Under the pieces are notes generated by a model that saw only the letters and a program-made list of their open reading frames with translations, ran no database searches and was not told the origin of the DNA. Positions 13,045-27,970 of a stretch of DNA of 64,000 nucleotides are shown piece after piece. Each line of letters begins with the position of its first letter. The stretch's first letter is position 1. The stretch comes from Laetmonice hystrix (lineage: Eukaryota): assembly GCA_965235115.1 (NCBI GenBank), contig OZ249436.1:45014001-45078000 (forward strand), in the 5' to 3' direction. The position numbers were made by a program, and so were the translations under genes.

Positions 13045-15080
13045 ACTAAACCATCACCAGTAACCCACACCCACACATCACCAGTAACCCCAACCCACAC
13101 CCATCCATCACCAGTAACCCAAACCCACACCCAGCCATCACCAGTGACCCCAACCCACACCCAACCATCACCAGTGACCCCAACCCACACCAAACCATCA
13201 CAAACCCACACCCACACATCACCAGTGACCCCAACCCACACCAAACCATCACCGGTAACCCCAACCCACACCCAACCATCACAAACCCACACCCAGCCAT
13301 CACCAGTGACCCCAACCCACACCCATCCATCACCAGTGACCCCAACCCACACCAAACCATCACAAACCCACACCAAACCATCACCAGTGACCCCAACCCA
13401 CACCAAACCATCACAAACCCACACCCAGCCATCACCAGTGACCCCAACCCACACCAAACCATCACCAGTGACCCCAACCCACACTCAACCATCACCAGTG
13501 ACCCCAACCCACACCCAACCATCACAAACCCACACTCAACCATCACCAGTAACCCACACCCACACATCACCAGTAACCCAAACCCACACCAAACCATCAC
13601 AAACCCACACCCAACCATCACAAACCCACACCCAACCATCACAAACCCACACCCAACCATCACCAGTAACCCAAACCCACACCCATCCATCACCAGTGAC
13701 CCCAACCCACACCCAACCATCACAAACCCACACCCATCCATCACCAGTAACCCAAACCCACACCCAACCATCACCAGTGACCCCAACCCACACCCAACCA
13801 TCACAAACCCACACCCAACCATCACCAGTAACCCACACCCACACATCACCAGTAACCCAAACCCACACCAAACCATCACAAACCCACACCCAACCATCAC
13901 AAACCCACACCCAACCATCACAAACCCACACCCAACCATCACCAGTAACCCAAACCCACACCCATCCATCACCAGTGACCCCAACCCACACCCAACCATC
14001 ACAAACCCACACCCATCCATCACCAGTAACCCAAACCCACACCCAGCCATCACCGGTAACCCCAACCCACACCAAACCATCACCGGTAACCCCAACCTAC
14101 ACCCAACCATCACAAACCCACACCAAACCATCACCAGTGACCCCAACCTACACCCAACCATCACAAACCCACACCCATCCATCACCAGTGACCCCAACCC
14201 ACACCCAACCATCACAAACCCACACCCAGCCATCACCAGTGACCCCAACCCACACCCAACCATCACAAACCCACACCAACCATCACCAGTGACCCCAACC
14301 CACACCCAACCATCACAAACCCACACCAACCATCACCAGTGACCCCAACCCACACCCAACCATCACAAACCCACACCCAGCCATCACCAGTGACCCCAAC
14401 CCACACCCAACCATCACAAACCCACACCAACCATCACCAGTGACCCCAACCCACACCCAACCATCACAAACCCACACCCAGCCATCACCGGTAACCCCAA
14501 CCCACACCAAACCATCACCAGTGACCCCAACCCACACCCAACCATCACAAACCCACACCCAGCCATCACCAGTGACCCCAACCCACACCAAACCATCACA
14601 AACCCACACCCACACATCACCAGTAACCCGAACCCACACCAAACCATCACGGGTAACCCCAACCCACACCCAGCCATCACCAGTAACCCGCACCCACACA
14701 TCACCAGTAACCCCAACCCACACCAAACCATCACAAACCCACACCAAACCATCACCAGTAACCCCAACCCACACCAACCATCACCAGTAACCCCAACCCA
14801 CACCAACCATCACCAGTAACCCCAACCCACACCAACCATCACCAGTGACCCCAACCCACACCCAACCATCACAAACCCACACCAGCCATCACCAGTAACC
14901 CCAACCCACACCAAACTATCACCGGTAACCCCAACCCATACCCAACCATCACAAACCCACACCCACACATCACCAGTAAACCCAACCCACACCAAACCAT
15001 CACAAACCCACACCAAACCATCACCAGTGACCCCAACCCACACCCATCCATCACCAGTGACCCCAACCCACACCCAGCCA
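13045..15080. repeat. Compound C/A-rich minisatellite (18/21/30-bp units)
   Basis: ccatcaccagtgaccccaacccacacccaa interspersed with ccatcacaaacccacacccaa-type units. Confidence 0.97.
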
Positions 15081-15526
15081 TACCTGGCAGGCCGCTAGTC
15101 GTGGATGTGACCACAGTGAGACTGTAACCGAAACTTCCGTTGACCAGCGGACAATGACTGGCCTCTGGATCTTCGACATGGTCTCTGGCACTCAGACAGA
15201 CAGGAAGCACTGGCCACCAACCAATACACAAGTCACTTACCCTGACTAATTTTGGCAAGATGTGCTTATCTTTTAACGAATTATCTTCATGTTAGGATGT
15301 AACAACTGTGTGTAATGTGATGTAGTAATTACACAAGCAACTTACGACCGTTTTCCCTTACCTCGTAATTGAAGGTATTTTTATGGATAGTTCGAGGTAT
15401 CATTGAGTAGGTAAAGAAATGAAGAGAAAGGAAAACAGGAAAAACGGACGAATATTTATCATGGTAGATTGACTGTACAAAACATGCAGAACTGCAAAAA
15501 CCTGAAATGATAAATCGGAATATACA

Positions 15527-16636
15527 ATTATAGCAATCAGTCCACAGCCCGGCAGGGATGACATTAGTTGAGGGTATTATAGCAATCGGTCCACAGGGGT
15601 GACATTGGTTGGGGGTATTATAGCAATCGGTCCACAGGGATGAGATTGGTTGAGGGTATTATAGCAATCGGTCCACAGGGATGACATTGGTTGAGGGTAT
15701 TATAGCAATCAGTCCACAGGGGTGACATTGGTTGAGGGTATTATAGCAATCAGTCCACAGGGGTGACATTGGTTGAGGGTATTATAGCAATCAGTCCACA
15801 GGGATGACATTGGTTGAGGGTATTATAGCAATCAGTCCACAGGGATGACATTGGTTGAGGGTATTATAGCAATCAGTCCACAGGGATGACATTGGTTGAG
15901 GGTATTATAGCAATCAGTCCACAGGGATGACATTGGTTGAGGGTATTATAGCAATCAGTCCACAGGGATGACATTGGTTGAGGGTATTATAGCAATCAGT
16001 CCACAGGGATGACATTGGTTGAGGGTATTATAGCAATCAGTCCACAGGGATGACATTGGTTGAGGGTATTATAGCAATCAGTCCACAGGGATGACATTGG
16101 TTGAGGGTATTATAGCAATCAGTCCACAGGGATGACCTTGGTTTAGGGTATTATAGCAATCAGTCCACAGGGATGACATTGGTTGAGGGTATTATAGCAA
16201 TCGGTCCACAGGGATGACATTGGTTGAGGGTATTTTTGCAATCAGTCCACAGGGATGACATTGGTTGAGGGTATTATAGCAATCAGTCCACAGGGATGAC
16301 ATTGGTTGAGGGTAGCAATCGATCCACAGGGATGACCTTGGTTGAGGGTATTATAGCAATCAGTCCACAGGGATGACATTGGTTGAGGGTATTATAGCAA
16401 TCAGTCCACAGGGATGACATTGGTTGAGGGTATTATAGCAATCGGTCCACAGGGATGACATTGGTTGAGGGTATTATAGCAATCGGTCCACAGGGATGAC
16501 ATTGGTTGAGGGTATTATAGCAATCAGTCCACAGGGATGACATTGGTTGAGGGTATTATAGCAATCGGTCCACAGGGATGGCATTGGTTGAGGGTATTAT
16601 AGCAATCAGTCCACAGGGATGACATTGGTTGAGGGT
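15527..16636. repeat. Minisatellite, 41-bp unit, ~27 copies
   Basis: tattatagcaatcagtccacagggatgacattggttgaggg. Confidence 0.97.
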
Positions 16637-17751
16637 AAATGCACTGCCAGAGGGGTTTCTTAGCCTGGGGAAGGAACGTTACGTAGAGCAATGGTGTCTT
16701 GCTGACAATCAGGCTGAACGACTTTCTGTGCTCAAGGGTTACCGTTTTTAAACAGTAGTGGACAGTGAAAAACCTTCCTGGGGCAACAAAGGTCATGACC
16801 TTTGACCTGCGATCCGCTCGTGCTGTGCCACGTGAAACAAGGAGCGTGGATAGTCTAATGAAGCGCCCCCAAGGAGCGCCGTGTTCAGACGGTGACGAAT
16901 ATGGCCATGACGTCGTCTGTCATGACGTCCTCATACGTCATACGGCATGCGTCCCTCCGCCCAGCCACATTCCGCAGTCACTAGTTGTCCTGTCGTAGGG
17001 TCACCGCCTGTCAAACCAATTAAGTCTGGTTTGCGTTTCTCGCAAACAAATGAAGCCAGGCCTAGAAGAGGTAGTCGGTATGTTCTTGTGTGTGTGTGTT
17101 TGTACGTTTTTTTTTTCCACATGGTAACTCAAGCCAAGCAGTGTGATGCCGCCGTAGGGTGGTCCTTATCGCAGTGTTAGCCGTACGCCTACCAAGTGCC
17201 AGTTTATCTCTTGCAGCACTCGCAGCAGCCCCTCTTGACCTAACAACCTCTAGTCAATATTTGCCTAATATAGTATTACAGGAGACATGGGAGGCCCAGC
17301 CAAGGAAAGACTTTTTGGGACTATTGCTTCTGCTGAGCCCGATTTTTATATAGTTTGGGATGATATAACTACGGGGATGTCCTGCTTTGAGTTGAGGGTT
17401 GCTTTTGGATAATGCGACTTTCCCAATGAATGTATTAATTTCTGATACGATTATGCAATTGTCAGTAGTCATCATAGCATTTCAATGAATATTTTCGATA
17501 AATTTCTGTCAAGGGATATTTCTGACGTAGCCTTTTTAAAGTTACATATTTCTGACTCGTTGTGCACTAACATATATATCCAGATGAAGGAGTAGTTTAT
17601 CCGGGCATCAGTGACTCAGTCTGTATGATGTAGTTATGTACCACTTCGTACTACAATATCAAATGTAGATATCTCATCTCATCTATTGTTACTGTTGTAG
17701 ATATTCACACAGCATCAGTTAACCCCGTCCTGTACCGTCACACTCATCTAC

Positions 17752-18750
17752 CACCTCACCCCACCTATCCCAACCCCTCACCCCCACCTATCCCGGCCCC
17801 TCACCCCCACCTATCCCGGTCCCTCACCCCACCTATCCCGGCCCCTCACCCCACCTATCCCACCCCTCACCCCCACCTATCCCAGCCCCTCACCCCCACC
17901 TATCCCGGCCCCTCACCCCACCTATCCCAGCCCCTCACCCCCACCTATCCCGGCCCCTCACCCCAACCTATCCCACCCCTCACCCCCACCTATCCCGGTC
18001 CCTCACCCCCACCTATCCCGGTCCCTCACCCCACCTATCCCGGCCCATCACCCCCACCTATCCCGGCCCCCTCACCCCCACCTATCCCAGCCCCTCACCC
18101 CCACCTATCCCGGCCCCTCACCCCCACCTATCCCGGCCTCTCACCCCCACCTATCCCCGCCCCTCATCCCCACCTATCCCCGCCCCTCATCCCCACCTAT
18201 CCCAACCCCTCACCCCCACCTATCCCGGCCCCTCACCCCCACCTATCCCGCCCCCTCACCCCGACCTATCCCAGCCCCTCACCCCCACCTATCCCGGCCC
18301 CTCGCCCCCACCTATCCCGGCCTCTCACCCACCTATCCCGGCCCCTCACCCCCACCTATCCCGGCCCCTCCCCTACCTATCCCAGCCCCCTCACCCCTAC
18401 CTCTCCTCCCATAGTCACCCAACCTCTCACCCCACCTATCCCACCCCCTCACCCCCACCTATCCCAGCCCCCTCACCCCCACCTATCCCACCCCCTCACC
18501 CCCACCTATCCCGGCCCCTCACCTCCACCTATCCCACCCCTCACCCCCACCTATCCCCGCCCCTCACCCCCACCTATCCCACCCCCTCACCCCCACCTAT
18601 CCCAGCCCCCTCACCCCTACCTCTCCTCCCATAGTCACCCAACCTCTCACCCCACCTATCCCGCCCCCTCACCCCCACCTATCCCAACCCCTCACCCCTA
18701 CCTCTCCTCCCATAGTCACCCAACCTCTCACCCACCCCACCTATCCCCAA
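17752..18750. repeat. C-rich minisatellite, ~22-24-bp unit
   Basis: cccctcacccccacctatcccgg. The minus strand carries many G3-G5 runs. Confidence 0.95.
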
Positions 18751-20792
18751 TGCCATTTATCTCTCTAACGTTGCAGGAAACACTTCAACACATCTTGAAC
18801 GTCAAAAAGCAGGCCAAAAAGATTACTACTTCCTTGTGGGACCGTGTCAGATTGTTACCCCCAATTGACAACAAGTCAAGTGTCAAATACGTGAAGGAAA
18901 GTTAACATGTTGAATCTGTTTCCACCGAGCTGTCTCGTGTAGAAACTAGAAACAACTTTTTGTATTATCTTATTTTCTGATATCAATCTGAGTGATGGTC
19001 GATGTTAAAGTTTCCATATGAGGTGAGATGGCAGCGCAAGGCGCGGGTATGGTTTCCGACTTTTCCCACTGTCGGCGGGGTTAGAACCGGCCAATCCCCG
19101 CCAGATGTCTTACACCGGCGATCAATTATAATTATTATAAAAATAAAACATTAGAAATGGTTTCCCTTTACTAGATGTGCATAACAAAAGCTAAGAATAT
19201 CTATTCCATCATGACATACAGTGTGTATGCGTGTCTATTTTTGATAACTCAGTTATAGAAGTTATAAAGTTATATTTTCTTACGCATATTTATTATCAAA
19301 CCACGGCATTGGGACATTTTGACCGTGTAGATATAGTTCGGCCTGACGCCGACAGAATATACACGTACAACGTTATGATATGATAGCATGTCAATGAATA
19401 TTCAACAAACCGTTCTGCCACGTCCGTTCTGGGGTAGTGTCACATTGTTTTTTTGACGTTGTCTGCGGTGAGTATGACATATTGGGACAAATACGCAGAC
19501 TTTATTGTTGAAAATAATGTCTCATTCTGGTGTTTGTGGTGAAAACTATATCCTGTTACGACAGTAGCAGATCTGGCAGGAAGGTCCCCGGCCCCTCCAC
19601 CCGACATGGAAGAGAAAGATGAATTACCAAGCCTAAATACTGAAACAGGGATGTAGCCAGACCTGGTTGTTAAATAGCGACGTCAGGCCAGAGTGGCAGA
19701 CATTGTGGCCCCTCATAACTCCAGATAAGGCACCACACTATTTGTGGCTCCTCCAGTATTCTCTATGAAGTAGGGAGTTATTCTCATAATTAGTCTGCCC
19801 ATTCCAGCCGGTGGAGAGAAAAAAATGGGAAAAAGAAAGTTCAATCAGCAGAATGCGAGAGAGCTTTTAGATTACATCAGTGTAAACAAGTGACCATGAT
19901 AATCGGGTTGTTGTCAGTTGTCCTGCCGTTTTAACGCTCAGGCAATGAAGGAGCTACATCTTATGTAGTTAGAAGTATGGTACCCCCCACATTTAGGTAG
20001 CCCACATGTGGTAATAATTAATTAGCGTCATACAAGGCCGAGGCAGCCATGTTTGTCCTACCCAGCACTCCGGAGGACTGCTCCTGTACCTAGCTGACAT
20101 TGGGTTAATGTTATGCACTAACGGTCATATGTTAATTTAAATATAGCTATTTCATATTCTCTAAATTAAGAATCAGACAAGACGATTTACTTTACCTATT
20201 GAACACAGGAATTATTATGTCATTTCTCTCATATTTGATTTCAACCTAGAAATAGAGTTTGGAGAACATTTTGGCTTTGCATAATTAATGAGCGCGGGCT
20301 TCAACAGATAAGCTTGGCGTCAGTACATATATTTTATTATCTATATTTTTAGTATAAAACGGTATTTATTAGTGAGACTCTATATAGAAGGGTTGTATTG
20401 TGTAACTTAAAAGATTCCATCTTGTAAACAGAAAAAGGTTGTCCGCTTAAGGAAATTAACCCAGTTGGCCCTATGCTAATCAGCTTAATGAGCGTCGCTG
20501 GGAGGTTTTTGGCGGTCTCTTGCTCCCGGGTCACCGAACTGACCAGACGTGTAGGAGCGGGACTGGAGTGTGAAATAAAGGAATGGAAGACTATCAACCA
20601 CGGAGTGTTTAATTTTGGACAGTTGGGGTGCAACACCACCGCACCACATACCAAAGAAGTATCTAAGACCTTCCTCTGGGTGAGGTCAAAGGTTAGAGGT
20701 CAAACCCGCAGCTTTGATCATGGGGCGGCATCAAAGAAGAGGTTACTCCCGAGCTTATTTTGAAAACTCCGAATCATTCCCCCTGCCTTCAG

Positions 20793-20984
20793 TTTATTAT
20801 TTATTTACTTATTTATTTATTTATTTTTTTTTTTTTTAATTTATTTATTTATTATTTATTTTATTGGTTTTTTAATTGTTATAATTTATTTATTTATTCA
20901 TATATTATTTTTAGATATTTATTTATTTTTATTTATTTATTTATTTATTTATTTAGTTTTATTTATTTGTTTATTTATTTATTT

Positions 20985-21031
<47 letters not shown>

Positions 21032-21087
21032 TATATTATTTTTAGATATTTATTTTTTTATTTATTTATTTTAATTTATTTATTTGT

Positions 21088-21118
<31 letters not shown>

Positions 21119-21130
21119 TTATTTTATTAT
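20793..21130. repeat. (TTTA)n degenerate microsatellite
   Basis: tatttatttattt... Confidence 0.95.
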
Positions 21131-24100
21131 ATATTCATTATAAGCCCGAGTGATATTAATTTCTCATCTCTAATAATAAAGACACCCAAGGTCTCAAGGT
21201 AAATACTGCAGTCTGATCCACCTTGATTCACCTTGAGATTAACTCACTAACAGATCTGAACGAAGCTAAGGTCCTCAAGGCTGTTATTGATCTGTGTTGC
21301 CAATAATTATCCAGGAATTAACCAGAAGTTAGTTCAAGAAAGTATCCCGTCATAATATACTTAATATAATATATCAGTACATCACAATGATTTATTATGC
21401 GTATTTCCATCATTTTGGCAAACATGAACAAACACAGAAAAAACGCTTTTTGAACAGACGCTGAGGGGGTTGCTTAATCATGAGAACTTTTTTAAACAGA
21501 GGGAATCATCGGTCCATATTGTCCTGTTTTTACAACCCAGATGAAGAGTATGTCTGGTTGAGGGGTGTCTGACAACCAACCTGTCCTGGCCACACGTTTA
21601 CCATACCATTAACACTTATAACAGTGGCGTGATGTTCACCTTTGACCCTGTCGCACACAAGCTCAACCAATGACTGTCTAGTATTTCAGTTAATCATAGC
21701 CACGTGAGCGTGAACGCTGTATCACCATAGCAACCGTCTGAACCTGGATCATGGTTCAGTACGGATGGTGTCTGTCATATTGTGATCACTAATAGGCCAA
21801 TTATTTAGTAGTATTTATCATGTAATAGGGATCAAAAACCAAGTATACATGTGTATGTAAATATTATATATCTCCTGTTTATAAACACCGAAATATACTG
21901 ACCAAATGACCGCCAGTCCAGGTTTACAGGTTATAAAAGACATTTGAGTTATTTGGTGCAAATATTAGGGAAACTTTAATTTAACCGAACTTCTGAAAAT
22001 GTCTGTTATATGGTAGGATTATTAACTTATTATTGCAGTTAATTTATTTGAAAATTGGTGGTAACCTTGTGGTTTTGACGAAACATGTATTACTGTGAGC
22101 GCCATGTGGCGTGCAGAAATCGTGAAATTGGCGGCGTCCTAAGTGGTGCAGTTGGGGGAACGCCAGAATATTCAATCCTGGCCATACTTTGCCAATCGTG
22201 TCAATTCACGGCTGGACAACCAAGATAACCCAACTGCATGGACAGCTCACAGATAAAAAAAAATATGTCCTTGCCATTTAATTGGTGCCACTTTTCCTGG
22301 ATATTACCATGGAAGTGCCTTGTGTAGGTCAAGGTAATTTTACAGATTGTTTATAATTATCTTGTCATTATATGCTTGCATATACTGGTCTCCAATCAAG
22401 CGGCCTTTGGGTATTGTGTTCAATTATTAGGGAAACTTCTATTTAGCTTCTGTAAATTTTAAGATGAGGACATTTGTATGACGTCGTTACATGCGGTCGA
22501 CTGCCGATTAGATTGACACAATAATTAAATTTAAATGAGTTACAGACCACTTCCTTGGGATCACTACGTTTTCATTATTGAGAAGAAAAATACATGAGAT
22601 GACCTCTGGTATGAGGATGGGGTTGAAAGTACCTTACATATTACCAGTTACCTTGATCATATGGAGGTGGTAAATTTAGATGGAGAAGGTTACCTGAGTA
22701 CCCGGCGAAAAGCAACAAGCTAGGATGGTCAGACTGAAATAAATCCTCCCTGGATAACTTATCTTGAAATTCATTATTAAATTAATTCCTGAATACTGGG
22801 TAACATATGAAAAATATGAGTTGAAGGGACCATCGCTGGAGGTGATCTCGCTGTGAAGAGGAGAGTAGGACAATGGTATTGATTATGTCAGTGTGAGAAA
22901 CCCATGTTTGGTCGAGTATGACTGTTGGAAACAATGGCCCCAGAGTGGAGACCTACCCGGATTCATTCACCTATACGTGCACTAATTTAGACTGCTATAA
23001 CAATGGGTGCCAACAGGACAATGGGACAGTATGTCTCTGTTGTCTACCGTTAAGTATAGTCGCCTGGGATTGCTCATAATATTTGTACACAGTGGGAATC
23101 GGTTTACACTGGCGGTCTCTCTGTCTGTTGTCTATCAGAGAGCAGAAAGCACAGGAGGATGTGAAAGATGCAGCATCATTGTCTGCATCCATGATCCTGA
23201 CCGTAGCCGTGGAGACGCCTGAGTGCTACCTTCTGTGGGCACTCCAGGAGAAGTCTGCCATTACGGGCATTAAGGTCACACAACCTTCTCCAGCACTGGG
23301 ACGTTTATATTGTCCTTGTGTCACCGACTGTCACTCAAGTTCCTGCCTTGAAGCAAATAAAAAAAACATGTAAAGAATTATACCATTGTGGGTAGCATTA
23401 TTTTTCCATGTTATTTGATAAAAAATATTTTCCCCTCGTGCTTCTTTCAGTTATTTTCTGTTATTTTCATTCTGCATTTGATGCAGTTCGTGGGGGAGGG
23501 CATTTCGTTGCCGTCAGATAAATTACCCCAGGATCAAACCTGAACGTTGTTCTAACCTCAGCGTGGAGCTGTTTGTTTTTGTAAACCTGCCATAGCACGA
23601 GACATCCTGCTGCATCAAAAGGAACATTTTAGAAGAAAGGTGACAAAAACAGAGGGACGATTTCCTTTGAAACTCTTGTTAGAATGGAAGGGGTCTGTCG
23701 TACTGCTTATTATTTTCACTAACGTTTTTGTTAAACATCTGATCCAATCGTATCTCTTGTCACACGACAGGCCAACCGGCACGTTTCCGTTCACTCCCTG
23801 ATTTTAGAAGGGTCTGTGGTAATCGTCACATACTATTAGCCGGAACGGACAAGATCATTGTAGTTTATTGACCTTATTCACCAGTAAGAACATATTTTCC
23901 GTTTAGTGAGCCAGGGGAAGCTAGGGGACAAACTCGACCAAAGCATTATTGGCTAAAAAAGCGAGAAATTCCGTGTCGTATTGGAAAAGCTATTGAGTAA
24001 AAAAAAAAATAATGTGCCTGAAAGTGGGAAGAAGTGGTGATGGGCGTGGAGGGACTGGATAGGATCTGTCAATGATGGATGACTGAGGCTGACAGAGCCG

Positions 24101-24396
24101 TGACCTTGAGATGAGGCTGCCATGGAGATGGACGTGAAGCATGTAGTCTGGCCAGCTGCAGCGTCCTCCAGCAACTTCTCCAGTATCTTCCAGCTCCATT
24201 GACAGGGATGTAAAAACGTGCCGTCAGCCCACACGTCTGGAGCGTGCCGCACATGGCTGGAGAAAGGGGTAGCCTTAACCCCCCCCCTGTCCCTCCAGTC
24301 CCGGGGGGGGGGGTGAATACCCCTCACTCAGCGCCATTCTTTATCTACAGGCGAATAATTATAGTGTCTGTCTGAACACCAAGATGGCATTTAGAA

Positions 24397-24446
24397 TTAT
24401 AACACATTATAACACATTATAACACATTATAACACATTATAACACA
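24397..24446. repeat. 10-bp tandem repeat, 5 copies
   Basis: ttataacaca. Confidence 0.9.
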
Positions 24447-25697
24447 ACCTACTACTGCACTAGCAGATGATTGTCACGGACATAGTGTTTGGGTGAACAA
24501 CCATTTTGGATTTACTAATATCCATGAATGGCACATGGTATTTACGAAAAAAAAAAATTATTATTACAAAGCTGGGTTTTAGGAGTAGAAATGTATTTCA
24601 CATGCTAGAGGAATGCCATATGCTAGAAACGTTTTAGAAGTTCTGTTGATACATTCCGGAGAAGGTCAGAGAGCCCAGAATATAGAAGATAACCGCATTG
24701 ATATGTGAAAGGTTGATTGTTCAGTCTGAAGTCTGAAGACAAAAACTATCCTGATGATGGTGGTTTGTGTATGTCTCAGTTTGACCATAATGTGGTGGCC
24801 GGTCAGTTTAGGTAGGTTAATGGCTTGGTGCCATGTCAGAACTGGTTGTGTAGGCTGGGAAAGTACCCGCATAATGTGAGCAATATGAGGTACGTCACAT
24901 TAAATTGTAATTAACAGTGTTGGCCATCATTTGACACCATCCTGGGCTCCCGATATAATGTAGGCGTTTAGTTCACACCAGGTAACGTGGCAAGCTCCTG
25001 AAATGATTTTCGCGGTAGAAACTACACTCCACAATATGTTTTAATATATGTTTTAATATATATACCATCCACAATATGTTTTAATATTTGGTTTATGAGC
25101 AGACAAATAGATAAATGTGAAGTACCCTAGATTAAATCTGATGATCGGTGGATGGTTGGGCCGTGCCTTGGACGGGCATCATTAATTCCTTTTTGTTCAT
25201 CGAAAAAACATTGGTGGAGAATGATCCTGTAACCCTATAACCACAGATGCCAACATAGATCCCTGGCCTGCGCATTTTTTCTATGAACCATTTAATCTTT
25301 AATGTTATTTAAACTTATGTTGAGAAACATTGTGCAGACATGCTCCATTATGTCAGCCGTGATGACATAGAAAGTTGAATGAATGGGTACACCATCATCC
25401 CTTGTGGGGGTGGCCTATTACAATTATGGTAGCATGTCATCCACACTGGCACCGGCAAAATAAGGACACCAACAAGTTTATACTGGTAGCTATAGTTTGA
25501 CGAATGACACTTGACCCGGTTTGTTGAAGTCGTTCAATATTGATCAATGTACGTGTACCCGTAATGGCCCATCCATTTAGGAACGGAGAACGTAATAGAT
25601 TATTGATAAATTGATTGGTTTGGCTAGTTCTTCCGTATTCTTCATGCAGTCCCCGTGTCACACGTTGAGTGCCGCCTCATCATTCTACCCACTAATC

Positions 25698-27720
25698 CAG
25701 GTCCCTCCTCGCCCCCAGTCCTCCAGTACACCACCAGGTCCATCCTCGCCCCCAGTCCTCCAGTACACCACCAGGTCCCTTCTCGCTCCCAGTCCTCCAG
25801 TACACCACCAGGTCCCTCCTCGCTCCCAGTCCTCCAGTACACCACCAGGTCCCTCCTCGCCCCCAGTCCTCCAGTACACCACCAGGTCCCTCCTCGCCCC
25901 CAGTCCTCCCGTACACCACCAGGTCCCTCCTCGCTCCCAGTCCTCCAGTACACCACCAGGTCCCTCCTCGCTCCCAGTCCTCCAGTACACCACCAGGTCC
26001 CTCCTCGCCCCCAGTCCTCCAGTACACCACCAGGTCCCTCCTCGCTCCCAGTCCTCCAGTACACCACCAGGTCCCTCCTCGCTCCCAGTCCTCCAGTACA
26101 CCACCAGGTCCCTCCTCGCTCCCAGTCCTCCAGTACACCACCAGGTCCCTCCTCGCCCCCAGTCCTCCAGTACACCACCAGGTCCCTCCTCGCTCCCAGT
26201 CCTCCAGTACACCACCAGGTCCCTCCTCGCTCCCAGTCCTCCAGTACACCACCAGGTCCCTCCTCGCCCCCAGTCCTCCAGTACACCACCAGATCCCTCC
26301 TCGCCCCCAGTCCTCCAGTACACCAGGTCCCTCCTCGCCCCCAGTCCTCCAGTACATCACCAGGTCCCTCCTCGCCCCCAGTCCCCCAGTACACCACCAG
26401 GTCCCTCCTCGCCCCCCGTCCTCCAGTACACCACCAGGTCCCTCCTCGCCCCCAGTCCTCTAGTACACCACCAGGTCCCTCCTCGCTCCCAGTCCTCCAG
26501 TACACCACCAGGTCCCTCCTCGCTCCCAGTCCTCCAGTACACCAGGTCCCTCCTCGCTCCCAGTCCTCCAGTACACCACCAGATCCCTCCTCGCCCCCAG
26601 TCCTCCAGTACACCACCAGGTCCCTCCTCGCCCCCAGTCCTCCAGTACATCACCAGGTCCCTCCTCGCCCCCAGTCCTCCAGTACACCACCAGGTCCCTC
26701 CTCGCCCCCCGTCCTCCAGTACACCACCAGGTCCCTCCTCGCCCCCAGTCCTCTAGTACACCACCAGGTCCCTCCTCGCTCCCAGTCCTCCAGTACACCA
26801 CCAGGTCCCTCCTCGCTCCCAGTCCTCCAGTACACCACCAGATCCCTCCTCGCCCCCAGTCCTCCAGTACACCACCAGGTCCCTCCTCGCTCCCAGTCCT
26901 CCCGTACACCACCAGGTCCCTCCTCGCCCCCAGTCCTCCAGTACACCACCAGGTCCCTCCTCGCCCCCAGTCCTCCAGTACACCACCAGGTCCCTCCTCG
27001 CCCCCAGTCCTCCAGTACACCACCAGGTCCCTCCTCGCTCCCAGTCCTCCAGTACACCACCAGGTACCTCCTCGCCCCCAGTCCTCCAGTACACCACCAG
27101 GTCCCTCCTCGCCCCCAGTCCTCCAGTACACCACCAGGTCCCTCCTCGCTCTCAGTCCTCCAGTACACCACCAGGTCCCTCCTCGCTCCCAGTCCTCCAG
27201 TACACCACCAGATCCCTCCTCGCTCCCAGTCCTCCAGTACACCACCAGGTCCCTCCTCGCCCCCAGTCCTCCAGTACACCACCAGGTCCCTCCTCGCCCC
27301 CAGTCCTCCAGTACACCAGGTCCCTCCTCGCTCCCAGTCCTCCAGTACACCACCAGATCCCTCCTCGCCCCCAGTCCTCCAGTACACCACCAGGTCCCTC
27401 CTCGCTCCCAGTCCTCCAGTACACCAGGTCCCTCCTCGCTCCCAGTCCTCCAGTACACCACCAGATCCCTCCTCGCCCCCAGTCCTCCAGTACACCACCA
27501 GGTCCCTCCTCGCTCCCAGTCCTCCAGTACACCACCAGGTCCCTCCTCGCCCCCAGTCCTTCAGTACACCACCAGGTCCCTCCTCGCCCCCAGTCCTCCA
27601 GTACACCAGGTCCCTCCTCGCTCCCAGTCCTCCAGTACACCACCAGATCCCTCCTCGCCCCCAGTCCTCCAGTACACCACCAGGTCCCTCCTCGCTCCCA
27701 GTCCTCCAGTACACCACCAC
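25698..27720. repeat. Minisatellite, 37-bp unit, ~55 copies
   Basis: caggtccctcctcgc(c/t)cccagtcctccagtacaccac. Confidence 0.97.
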
Positions 27721-27970
27721 GGAGACCTCCTCTCCAGGGCGGGGTTAAAATGAAGTTCCTGTTCTCAGCGTGAACCGGGCAACCGTCTTACCCTACCCTG
27801 TCAACCCCTCAGGGTTGGCATCAATTTGTCACAAGAAAAGTGACTTTTCCGACCTTTTGACACACTGCCATATCGGTTGAGTCCGGAATAATGGGGCACA
27901 CGTCAAGGTCGGCTCACCGAAAGTCCTTCTTCTGTCTGCCCTGACAAGAAGTCATGAATACTGGTGGGGC

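Noticed and set aside
13144..14790. Mucin-like Pro/Thr/Ser/His-rich ORF (TPTHTQPSPV)n as a nested exon
   Set aside because: The frame is open only because the units are 18/21/30 bp. It breaks repeatedly after ~14277, and there is no good acceptor or flanking domain.
18990..19028. TAT GAG|GTGAGA as the donor of the upstream CHSY exon (also TAT GAG|GTACGT at ~24884-24895)
   Set aside because: In-frame stops lie within 10 codons upstream, and there is no CHSY similarity.
22142..22184. tRNA-like A/B boxes (tggtgcagttgg ... ttcaatcc)
   Set aside because: No cloverleaf and the spacing is too short. At best a SINE remnant.
25611..27748. 697-aa and other long ORFs on both strands
   Set aside because: They are translations of a 37-bp tandem repeat. 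The unit is not a multiple of 3, the same peptide cycles through all frames, and there is no domain or splice support.
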